Positions 10,055 to 19,754 of a DNA stretch of 64,000 bases are shown piece by piece. The position numbers were made by a program, and so were the translations under genes. The notes beneath the pieces are model-generated. The model worked only from the letters and a program-made list of their open reading frames with translations. It had not been told where the DNA came from and made no database searches. The stretch comes from Amphiscolops sp. MND2022 (Eukaryota): assembly GCA_964187785.1 (NCBI GenBank), contig OZ076409.1, positions 17,982,001 through 18,046,000 of the forward strand, written 5' to 3'. Position 1 is the first letter of the stretch; every line of letters starts with the position of its first letter.

Positions 10055-13000
10055 ATGTCAAATTCGACTGACGAAGATGATCAACGACTGTTACAGGCAG
10101 GAAAGATTGGAGTTATGGAGAGCGAGGGTGAAGCAGTGTTAGGAGGAGGGGAAGTCGCGAGTGGTCTGGATGAAGGGAATGGGGAGGAATCGCAATTGAT
10201 TATTGCTGAGACAACTGATGAGGCTGTCACTGGAGATTCTCCTGTTGAGTTGGAAGTTCCGGTGTCTTGTGGTGGGCGTGGATTTGGAGAAAAAGATGAT
10301 GACAGCGACTCTGATAAATCTGGGTCTAGTCTGAGTGAAGTTGGTGTTCCCCGCGGCGATACCGGTGACGATGATGATGATGATGATGGAGGAAATTCTG
10401 TGCATTCAGCATCTAGTGACGCCCGCCATGAATTGGACTATTTGCATGATTTAAAGGGTGAGTTCCTTAGCGAATTGTTAGTGGCCAGCTAACTTTTCAT
10501 GCTAGTATACAGACGCGTCGTTTCATCCAACTTGTCTGTGTTTTAGGCTTGTCTGACGATTCTCATGATGAGGATTATGTTCCTGGGTCTTCTGTTCGCG
10601 TGTCAGCTACTGTGGAACGTGTCCGTCGCGAAGTGTCCTTCGTTGAAGGCAGTCCCGTGAAGCGTGGTCGTTGGTCCTGTTCTGGGACACCTGCCAGGGA
10701 AACTGCTACTGCTGCACCTAATGTAGAGACTAGTGGTGGGTAAATCTTCTCCTTTGTTATCACATGTCATTTGTCCATACTTTGTATATTTTTGATTATA
10801 GTCGTTTCCTCACCATTTGGGATGCATACGTCTGCGGGGGTTCATTCGACGGACTCTGAAGGTGTTTTGCCAGTGACGGGGGGCTTTGCTTTCAGCGAGG
10901 AGCCTGGGTGTAGTGATCAGCCTAAGCGGGGGCGGACCCAGCATGCTCGTCTTGCCGAAGGCCTGGAGCGCTCTGTGATCCACAATGAATGGGCTAAAGG
11001 TGATTATAGTTTTGTTGTTGGGTTATTAGTGGTTGTTATTTTGGTCTGTCCTTCGTTTTTGTTTTTTTTTGTTTTTGCCGTATGCAGTCTGTCTGAACTG
11101 TGTTCACCCATGATCTTCTTTTTAGCTGGGTTGAAGGATGTGCCAGAAGGTGCTGTGTGTATGTCGGCATCACAGGTTTTGGCTTTCGGCCAGGCAGCTG
11201 TTCGATTGGAGCGGACCCAGAGTCGTGTGGAGGATCGTTCATTGTCGCGCCGTTAGTATTGCACTCTTATGGCTCATTTCCAGCATCAGTAGTTATCATC
11301 TTTATACTCCGTGTATTTCTTGATTCGATGATAGTTGATTGGAGAGGGGCGGGATAGTAGGTTTCGGGGTGACTTGGTAATGAGTGTTTGTATTTCTGTT
11401 TGTAAGTCTGGACGAAATCATGCGCCTGCTCAAGCAAAAAGGGATCCAACTGCATCGAGTCCGTGGGCATTTGAACGCTGAGGAGGAGACCAAGAGCAAA
11501 TTGTTTGCGAAGTACGAGAGAAGGAAAAAACGGCAAAGCGAGCGTCATGTTCTTCGCAGAGAGATGGCTACACATGCGATTCCTCGGCTCTTTGTTAGCC
11601 GAAGGACTGATAAGAACCCAAACGGGTTCAATTGTGCGATTTGCCGTAAAGATGTTTCGTTTCTGTCGCGTGGGGAGCTGGAAATCTGGAGGCATTTCGG
11701 TCGCAAAACTCATTTCGCAAAGGACCGACGATATCGGCTTGACCATGAAGATTGCATCTACACAGAGAAGTTTGATGAGATTGCTGTTGCCACCATATCA
11801 CCAGAGTTGCGTGCTGAAATTGAGCTGACGCCCCCTGTTGTTCTTGGACCAAAGAATGCGTTCGAGGAGGATGAGGTGGACGCTCTTGTGGGCGTAGTTT
11901 CCAATGTGCCTTGCTCAACCTTGGTTGGGGGTTTGTTTGAATTGTTGCGGAGTGGCGGGTCCCACAGCTTCCTTAGACGTTTGTGGAGTCAGTTCAGGAC
12001 GACCATCCCCGTGGAGACCAGCTATGCCCAGGCCACCTGGAGTAAAACTGAGTCATTTGTTATTTTGTGTCAGACATTGTATCCCCGAATTTTGCGTCGG
12101 GTGCAATCTGGTTGTAAGCTGTCTGACTTCAGTATTTCTTTCCGGCGTGACGATAGTGGGGTGCAGTGTTATGTCCACTTCTTTGCTAGCGATGTCGTCC
12201 GCGAGGTTTGTGTGCTGTGGGAAGAAGTCTCTCCTGGGCTGTGCGATGCGGAGATCAAGTGCTTGACCCGCGTCCTCGCGATTCTCCCAATTGATCAGTC
12301 TCCAGTTGCTGTCCGGGGCTGTCCTTCGACGCTGTTCAATGTGTTTTCTTCGTGGTGCAAGGACGAAGGGCGACCGGTGCCACTGCCTGTGCTGGAGTAT
12401 ACCCCTGATGTCTTTAGAGAGCAAATTCGTGAAGCTGGCTTAGTTGGTGCAAACTTGTTGGATCCATTTGCTATTTTGGACTATTTGCTATTGCGCTTGG
12501 TTAGAGCCGTCCACCAGCCTTGGTTAGAGTCTCTGCCGACTTTTCGTGTGTGTATAAGCCAGCGCCAGGTGCCGTTTCCTTCTTTGCGTGCTGCTATCTC
12601 AGAGTTGATACATCATTGGGCCGATGTGACACTATTCTTGAAAGAGACGGGGACTGTTCTTCCTTCAAAGGGCAAGGCTCCTCTTGACGTTGGTCAGCTC
12701 ATTGTGTCGGATACCCTAGTGTTGCCCCGATTGAGTGTCTTGCATGTTCTTGTTGCGTGCTTCGAGGCCAACTTTGTGAAGCAGTTTGATGAATCAGTGA
12801 CTGACTACACCTGTCGTAATTATTCCGATTTCTGCTATTTTTATTGGAGTTTGCTCGGCAAAGTCAAGAAGTTGAGTAGTCTGCCTGAGATCGAGGCTTG
12901 GAGCCAGTACATCGGTCGTCCCTTGACTACGTGGGCTAATATCCCTTTCGTCGAGTGTCTTCGTGGTGAGCCCCTTGTGACCGTGGCCTTATCAGCTTGT

Positions 13001-13996
13001 GGAGATACTGTTCGGCGGCCTTTCCTCCGTGAGTGCCATGGGTTTCTTTCGGAATTCTTGAAGGTGTTAAATCAGTCGGCATATGCGAAGTCTGTCCTGT
13101 CCTCAAATCTGAGCTGCTTTTCGCCTGATATGATGTTGTTGGGCGATGAATCTTACGCAGTTCAATTGTTCAAAGATTTGACGACTTGTCTTCTTGACTG
13201 TGGGCGGTTGGCGTCGTTGGATTGTGAGGCGGCCAGTAATGAGTTCAAATCTCTACTTGTGGAGTTACGGCGTCGGAATCGGCGTGTTGTGTCGTCGATC
13301 AAGGACAGTTTTGTATTCTTGCGGGATTCCGGACTTCTAGACTGCCGGCTGAATTTGGATAAGGTGGTACAAATTGCTGCAATGGCGATGGTTCCGCGGT
13401 GTGTCAATTATCCTGTCGTGGATATGTCCTTGAGTGGAGCTTTGGTGCCGAAAAAGATCCTGTTGTCTTCGATATTTGCTTGTCAGTCATATGTGACATT
13501 CAGGAAGTTTGCCTCCGGAGAGTTGTTGACCAGGGACTGTCTAGAAGAACTGAAAACCAATTTGCCGAACGGGAAGGGTTTCATGGAGGACGCTTCGTTT
13601 ACACCGTGGAGGCCGTTGTATGCTCATACCCGCTGTGATATGTATCGAAGATTGCGAGATGCTTTCGATGCATACTATCTGGATCAAGTATCGGAATGGC
13701 GTCGACGAGCTGGATTGGGCTTGTATGCCGCGACCGCGTCTCCTGATAAATTGTTACCCGAGTTGCAATTCTCGCATGCTGCATCTGTTGTTGAGGAGAA
13801 TGTTGGGACTTCTTCCGCCGTTAATACTCCCCCTTCAGTGAAGTCTGTCGGCAAAACGGTCAAGCAGGCGGGTGGTTCTGGCAGTATTGCGGAGATCGTC
13901 AAGATGAAGAAAGATCTTCGGCAAAGTGGTGTGTCTGGGTCGTCGTCTGGTAAAGGCAGTTCTAGTGGGTCAGTGAAACGTGGATCCGGGCGATGA
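10055..13996 (+). CDS. Antisense spliced gene in element B: acidic N-terminus, BED-like zinc finger, hAT-transposase-like body
   Basis: Frame-consistent exons 10055-10457, 10547-10735, 10802-10999 and 11126-11251 with GT..AG introns; long open exon ~11400-13996 containing CAIC-x(16)-H-x(5)-H; junction between exon 4 and the long exon unresolved; homologous to 50731-54643. Confidence 0.8.
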
Positions 13997-14336
13997 AACA
14001 CATTGTAGCAAATTTGGATCAAACTTTAGATTTAGTTGTATTTGTACTGCTATATGTTGTATTTCTGTTGTTATTGGTCCGAAAGGTCCATCAGTATGTC
14101 GATTTACCATAGTAAGCAAACACAGACAAAATTGTCTGAAAATTGAATCGCCACTTTGTGGGAAAAAAAGGGGTTTGTTAACAAACCCGGCAAGTAAAAC
14201 AGTACAGGGAGTTCTTGAATTTATTTCTTTGCCCTTCGAATTTGTTTTCTCGTGAGTTTAGGTTGAGTCGTAGGGGTGATTAAGTAGTTTGTAATAGGGT
14301 AAATGAGACGATGATCCTTCCAGTTAGTTGGGAGTT

Positions 14337-17300
14337 TTAGTCTGTCGCGTTGGGTTCAGCATTTATCGGATTATAATAAGCATAATCCTTCTTCCAATTT
14401 GATGGAGGGTTTGCCCTTAAGTTGTATTTGTTTTTTCGGGGAGAACTCGGGGTTGGGGTATCATTTTCAGTGGCATCAGGATCGGCGTTTAGCGTGGCAT
14501 TTCCTGGGTGTTCGTTTGGGTTAGGTTCCAGGGGAAAATCTCCTGGGTCATTCGTTGGGTTGTCCGTTTGGGTAGGTAGATCTTCGTGTGACTCTGGAAT
14601 TGTTATTGTGGGTTCTGTTTGAAATGGGGGTGTCGTTGAGGTGTACTCATCGAAATTGGACTGCCATGCCTGCGCGTATAGGTCGTCGTGGAAGACGTCT
14701 ACTTCCTTGTCTGGGGTGTAATCTTTGGGCAAGACAGGTTTGTCCGGGAGCGATTTGTCGGTAGGGCATGGTTTCAAGCGAATCCTGTGTAGGATTTGTG
14801 TATAGTTTGTCTGTAGTTTCCGTATTAGGTAATTGTTGTTGGGGAGCACTTTGACAATAATATAGGGCCCTGTCCAGAGGTATTCTTTGAATGGGAGTTT
14901 GGTTCCCTGGGTATTCGCTTTTGGGTGTAAGGCGTAACAGTATTCGTTGACATTGAGGGGGTGGGCGTTTGCTTTTTTGTCGTAATACTGTTTGTATCGC
15001 ACGTATGACTGCATTAAGTTTTTGTTCACCGCCTCCTTGATTTGCTGTGTTTTGTGTAGAATGTCTTCTCCCATGTTCGTCGTCGTAGTTGTAGGTCGTT
15101 GGTTTCGTATGCCAAATTTGAGGTCCAACACGTTATATGGGATCCTCCCGTGGAACACTCGGCTGGGTTCACACCCTAAGGCGGAGTGGTACGATGTGTT
15201 GTAATTCAGCGTGGCGATGGCTACGTATTGATGCCACATCGTCCGGCGCTCTCCTGTCGAGATTTTCAGCGATTCTTTCAGAGAGGCGTGGCTTCTTTCT
15301 AAAATTCCGATGGTTTGGGCATGTTTAGTGGTAGCATGACGGAGATGTATGCCCAGGGTTCTCGTCGCGTCTGCCATTACCTCAGACATAAACTGAGTGC
15401 CCTTGTCGGTGATGACTGTAGTAGGGAGGTAGGCGTGACGGGTCATGATGTCGACCAAAACTCGGGCTACTGTGGGGGCGTCCGTTTTGACGACATAGTA
15501 GGTGAAGAGGTAGCGCGAGTAGACGTCCATTGCAGTGACAATCGCGTTATAGCCACCGGAAGGCTCATCAAACGGGACGATGTCCATTTGAAGTGCATCT
15601 TCTGGGCCTAGGGCCAGTTTGGAAGTGTCGATCATTGGTGGTGTAATGGATCGTTTGTCCGTTCGTTTGGTCTGCATGCAGTCGGTACACCTGGAGATGT
15701 GGTGTGCTATTCTGGCTGCCATGCCTGGGTAGTAATATTTCTCTCTGCATTGCTGTATTACCTTGGCTATTCCGGGGTGTTTATTGGCTTGGCCATGGTG
15801 CGCTAGGATGAAGGAGTCAACCAAATGTGCAGGTAACAGGATTTGCAGGAATTTGACCTTTCCTGCGTGGTCGTAATACTCTCGGTATAACAGTCCGTCC
15901 TTTAGGATTATTCGGTTGGCTTGTGCGCTGTATTTGGCTGCTCGGGGGTCGGTTGCCAAGAGTTGTTCATTGTGAGGTTCCTTGAGCAAGCGGAGTTTGT
16001 AATTTCGCAGGACATTGTCTTGGTCCTGTTGTTGCCTCATGGTCTTCGACGGACCGTCGTGTTCGTCGGTAGCTTTGGGTGGTCCTTGGGTTACGAGTAT
16101 TTCCGTTTGAAATATGGTAACTTCTTGGTCATTGTTTGGTGTTTTGGGATTGGTTTCGTCGGGGCCAGGTTCTTTATTGTTGTCATCGGCAATTTTCTTT
16201 CGTGCACGGAGCTTGCGCTCCCATATTTGTTCTTCAGTTTCCGTGTCATCATCAGGCATGAAGAAAAATTGTTCTTCTTCCGCGACATCGGATGACTGGA
16301 TGTTGACCTGGATCGGTGTTGTTCGTATGTCATCTCTTATTGTGAGGTGGACCTTGTCTTTTGGATGAAGGTCGAGGCGGGACAGGAAGTCCGCGGGAGT
16401 GTTCATTTTGCCCGGCACATGAGCAATGGTGAAGTGAAACTGAAGAACAAAATCGCAGGCATTCCAGAGGGCCGGGGGTATGATTTTGGTTTGAAAGAAA
16501 CGTGTCACTGATTTATTGTCGGTGAGGACGACAACCGGTTTGGTTGATTCCCAAAGAATGTGGCTATACTCCATGAAAGCGAAGTATATTGCCAGAAATT
16601 CTTTCGCGTAGATCGACATTTTAATTTGTGACGGGGAAAACATTTTTGACCCGAATGCCACTGGTGCGTAGGTTTTTCGGACTGAGCTGATTTTTTCTTC
16701 GGGGTTTTCTTCGATCATGAGGGCATAACCTGCATTTTTGAAGTTGGCGTCGGTCATGAGTACGTATTGTCTGTTAGGCATAGGTTGTTTGAGCCACAAA
16801 CCACAGGCATTGTCCAAGGATTTGTTGATGTTGGTGAAGGAGTTCATGATCTCGTTTGTGATCTTGATGGGCTTTTCAGCCTTGATGAGCTCGTGGAAAG
16901 GGGCTATCTTTTCGGAAAGCCTGGGAATGTAATTCCGGTAGTAGTTGACGAAGCCAATGTAGCGCTGGAGACCCTTTTTGGTTTTTGGGAAGGTCAGTTT
17001 TTGTAGGTAGTTGTGGATCTTCTGATCTTGGGGGGCAATTCCTTCTGGTGACACTGTTCGTCCAAGGAATTGGACTTCCTTGGCACCGAACTGGCATTTG
17101 GCCATTGTCAAACGCAGGCCTGCTTCGCGTACGCACTGGAAGACCTCACGCAGGTTGGTCTTCAGCTCCTCGGCGTTGTGGGTGGCAATCCCGATGTCGT
17201 CAACGTACTGAGCGCATTTGTCAGCCTTGATGACTCGATCGAGATATTCTCTCATGAAGCTCGAGAAGGAGGAGAGGGACCTGCTGAGCCCTTGTGCGAG

Positions 17301-19754
17301 TCGGAGGTATGCGAATGTTCGACTGGCGAAATTGAAAGCTAGGAGTTCGACCGACTTTTTGTCTGCCATTTGCAAGACGTGATAAGCCTGGGAGCAGTCT
17401 AGCTTGCAGAATAGCTTTTTCCCTGCGAGGTGTTGGGCAGCGTCTGAGAGGGTGCTGACCGGGTGGTTGTTATTTGTGTAGTCGTCCGCTATCAAATTGT
17501 TGATCTTTCGGAGGTCGACTAGCAGTCTGAGGCGTCCGTTTGGTTTTCTCTGGGCAAATATGGGACTTGCATATTTGCTAAACGGTAGCGTGGTAATGAT
17601 GCCGTAGTAGTGCATCAATGCCAGTTCTACTGTAAGATCTTCTTTGAGATTCACTGGGCAGGGTAGGCTCTGCGTGTAGGCCGGCTGATCGTTTTTCGGG
17701 GTCAGTTTTATTTTGAAGTCGTGGTTGACGCCTATGTCCAGGCGGTGACGGGCGAAGACGTCATGGTATTCAACCAGAATGTTCTCTTTGTCAGCTCGGT
17801 CTTGGCTGTTCAATTGGGAGTCCTCCCATTTAAAATTCTCGAGGAATTTTTGTCTGCTTTGAGGGCTTGTTGTTGGGTCGAGTTTTTGGATTTCCTCTAG
17901 TTCTTCGATTTCTCGGAGGATCCTTCTCTGGACGGGGGTGTGGGTTGATGGGTCCCCCGGATTGTCTGGAGTTGGGAACCAGAACTGTTGGGTGGTCTCA
18001 GGTTTTTCTGTGGTTTTTAAGAGTTCGTTTACGTACTCTAGCGCCTGTTCTGAGTCGTCCTCTGTTAGGATTTTGAGCGCGGCGATGGGGATGGGTTTGA
18101 TGTTCTTCGCTTCGTTGGGCGTTGTAATGTGAAATTCAGCTACCACTGTGTTCTTTTTGATGGTAAATGGGGTAGGTGAGGTGTTCGTGATCCGGATGGG
18201 TATTTTCATTTCGTGGACTGTGGATAGTGAGCTGGCGATCACTATTTGTTTGTCTTCAGAATAGTTTGGGAGTGGGTGGATGACGCCCGTAGTGTCTGCT
18301 ATAGCCCTTATGTTGACTAGGGCTTCGATTGTGATGCATTGGTCAGGGGCCAGTGTCGTTTGGTTGGGGATGGACACCTTGTGTGGTTTCGCTGGTTGTT
18401 CTTCGGACACTGGGTTTATTGCGTAGGTTAGATGAGGGAAGTGGAGAAGTCCCTGGCTTGCGTCGAGGATGGCGCTGTTGGTTTTGAGAAAGGTGAGGCC
18501 GAGAATGGGGCCATTGATTTTGCTGGCTACTATGAATGTCTCTTTGAACGTCCAGTCGCCGATTTCAAACTGCACTTGGATAGTCTTGATCGGGGTTTCA
18601 ATGTCGCCATTTGCGACTTGTAGTTTGAACGGCGGTGGGTCAGATTCTTGTAGGAGATTATTGGGGCTCATGGTTTTGAGTTTTTGGTACTCTTGTTCGG
18701 GCATGCAATTGACCAAGGCCCCGGAGTCAATGAGGGCGTCAATGGAAAAATGTTGGAAATCCATCGGTGCGAATAGCATGCGTCTTTTCTGTTTGAGAGC
18801 AATTGCTGAGAATATTGGGAGGCATCGTTCTCCCGTTGGATTGTTTGTGGAGGTGATGTTGACTAGCTGGTCTTCATCCAGTTGTATCAGTGGGTTATTG
18901 TTATCTTGTTGGGTATCTACCGGTTTGGGGTTTGGGTGCGGATTTTGATTGAATTCGCATGTCAGTGCTCGTTTGATCCGCCTCGTCTTTGGGGCTGTAT
19001 TAGCGTTGGTTGTATTTGCAGGATTGTCGGAAGGGTCCCCTTCTTTGTGTGTAGTTGTCGTGCCTGTAGTTGAGTTTGTTGGGTGGACGGAGCTGTCCTT
19101 TATTGGGAATTCAGGGCTTTGGGGAGATGATGGCGATGACGTCATTGCAGCCCGGATTTCATTTGTGTGTGCCGGAACTCTTGTGGGTGACCCGTATTCG
19201 GTCGAATTGGTGATTTGTGGTTTGAGGATTGGTCTCAGAGAAATCGTAGGGGGTGTGACGATAACTTGTATTTCCTCGTTTTGTTCTTCGGCGTGTTGTA
19301 CGGGTGAGTGACTGAGGTTGCCATCATCTTTCCGCTTTGTGGTGTCCAGATTCATGTTTGTTTTCTTGGCGAATGCGTGGAAGGGTACATTGATCATCTC
19401 TTTGAAGGTTAGGGTAGTTTGGTCGTATAGGTCAGGGTTGTGGTAGGGGTCACAGTCGTAGTCTGGGTCGAGTATGTAGGTGAGAGGAGTTGAACTGGGA
19501 GGGAGAGGGCGTCGGGTTGTATTGTAGAGTTGAGGGTTTTCTTGGTACCATTCTGGATATTGCAATTTGTCAACGGTGGATTTGTTGAACTTGATGAGGC
19601 GCCGTATGAGCCATCTCCGCTGCCAGTCGGTAGATGGTTCACCGGAACACTCTGCGAACATCTCTAAATCGTGGTCCTTCGGGGGTTCGGATGTTGTGTA
19701 AAATCGGTAATCGATATAATCCCCGAAGCGAAGACGTGGCTTTAGGAGTTTTTT
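14337..19754 (-). CDS. pol: Pol polyprotein of element B (protease, RT, RNase H, integrase), reached by -1 frameshift
   Basis: LIDSGA, QYVDD, LMTDA...KEFLAI...LTDN, HHCC zinc finger, MDIV...TDKG...E catalytic core, WTGPY; frame is open from the slippery site through ORF 14337-19661. Confidence 0.97.
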   Translation of the reverse strand, partial: KKLLKPRLRFGDYIDYRFYTTSEPPKDHDLEMFAECSGEPSTDWQRRWLIRRLIKFNKSTVDKLQYPEWYQENPQLYNTTRRPLPPSSTPLTYILDPDYDCDPYHNPDLYDQTTLTFKEMINVPFHAFAKKTNMNLDTTKRKDDGNLSHSPVQHAEEQNEEIQVIVTPPTISLRPILKPQITNSTEYGSPTRVPAHTNEIRAAMTSSPSSPQSPEFPIKDSSVHPTNSTTGTTTTHKEGDPSDNPANTTNANTAPKTRRIKRALTCEFNQNPHPNPKPVDTQQDNNNPLIQLDEDQLVNITSTNNPTGERCLPIFSAIALKQKRRMLFAPMDFQHFSIDALIDSGALVNCMPEQEYQKLKTMSPNNLLQESDPPPFKLQVANGDIETPIKTIQVQFEIGDWTFKETFIVASKINGPILGLTFLKTNSAILDASQGLLHFPHLTYAINPVSEEQPAKPHKVSIPNQTTLAPDQCITIEALVNIRAIADTTGVIHPLPNYSEDKQIVIASSLSTVHEMKIPIRITNTSPTPFTIKKNTVVAEFHITTPNEAKNIKPIPIAALKILTEDDSEQALEYVNELLKTTEKPETTQQFWFPTPDNPGDPSTHTPVQRRILREIEELEEIQKLDPTTSPQSRQKFLENFKWEDSQLNSQDRADKENILVEYHDVFARHRLDIGVNHDFKIKLTPKNDQPAYTQSLPCPVNLKEDLTVELALMHYYGIITTLPFSKYASPIFAQRKPNGRLRLLVDLRKINNLIADDYTNNNHPVSTLSDAAQHLAGKKLFCKLDCSQAYHVLQMADKKSVELLAFNFASRTFAYLRLAQGLSRSLSSFSSFMREYLDRVIKADKCAQYVDDIGIATHNAEELKTNLREVFQCVREAGLRLTMAKCQFGAKEVQFLGRTVSPEGIAPQDQKIHNYLQKLTFPKTKKGLQRYIGFVNYYRNYIPRLSEKIAPFHELIKAEKPIKITNEIMNSFTNINKSLDNACGLWLKQPMPNRQYVLMTDANFKNAGYALMIEENPEEKISSVRKTYAPVAFGSKMFSPSQIKMSIYAKEFLAIYFAFMEYSHILWESTKPVVVLTDNKSVTRFFQTKIIPPALWNACDFVLQFHFTIAHVPGKMNTPADFLSRLDLHPKDKVHLTIRDDIRTTPIQVNIQSSDVAEEEQFFFMPDDDTETEEQIWERKLRARKKIADDNNKEPGPDETNPKTPNNDQEVTIFQTEILVTQGPPKATDEHDGPSKTMRQQQDQDNVLRNYKLRLLKEPHNEQLLATDPRAAKYSAQANRIILKDGLLYREYYDHAGKVKFLQILLPAHLVDSFILAHHGQANKHPGIAKVIQQCREKYYYPGMAARIAHHISRCTDCMQTKRTDKRSITPPMIDTSKLALGPEDALQMDIVPFDEPSGGYNAIVTAMDVYSRYLFTYYVVKTDAPTVARVLVDIMTRHAYLPTTVITDKGTQFMSEVMADATRTLGIHLRHATTKHAQTIGILERSHASLKESLKISTGERRTMWHQYVAIATLNYNTSYHSALGCEPSRVFHGRIPYNVLDLKFGIRNQRPTTTTTNMGEDILHKTQQIKEAVNKNLMQSYVRYKQYYDKKANAHPLNVNEYCYALHPKANTQGTKLPFKEYLWTGPYIIVKVLPNNNYLIRKLQTNYTQILHRIRLKPCPTDKSLPDKPVLPKDYTPDKEVDVFHDDLYAQAWQSNFDEYTSTTPPFQTEPTITIPESHEDLPTQTDNPTNDPGDFPLEPNPNEHPGNATLNADPDATENDTPTPSSPRKNKYNLRANPPSNWKKDYAYYNPINAEPNATD

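Noticed and set aside
11000..11125. Transmembrane segment in ORF 10771-11256
   Set aside because: The hydrophobic stretch coincides with a T-rich, in-frame GT-AG intron
11384..13996. Independent nested DNA transposon
   Set aside because: No TIRs or TSD seen, and the same gene occupies the same position and orientation in the divergent element D
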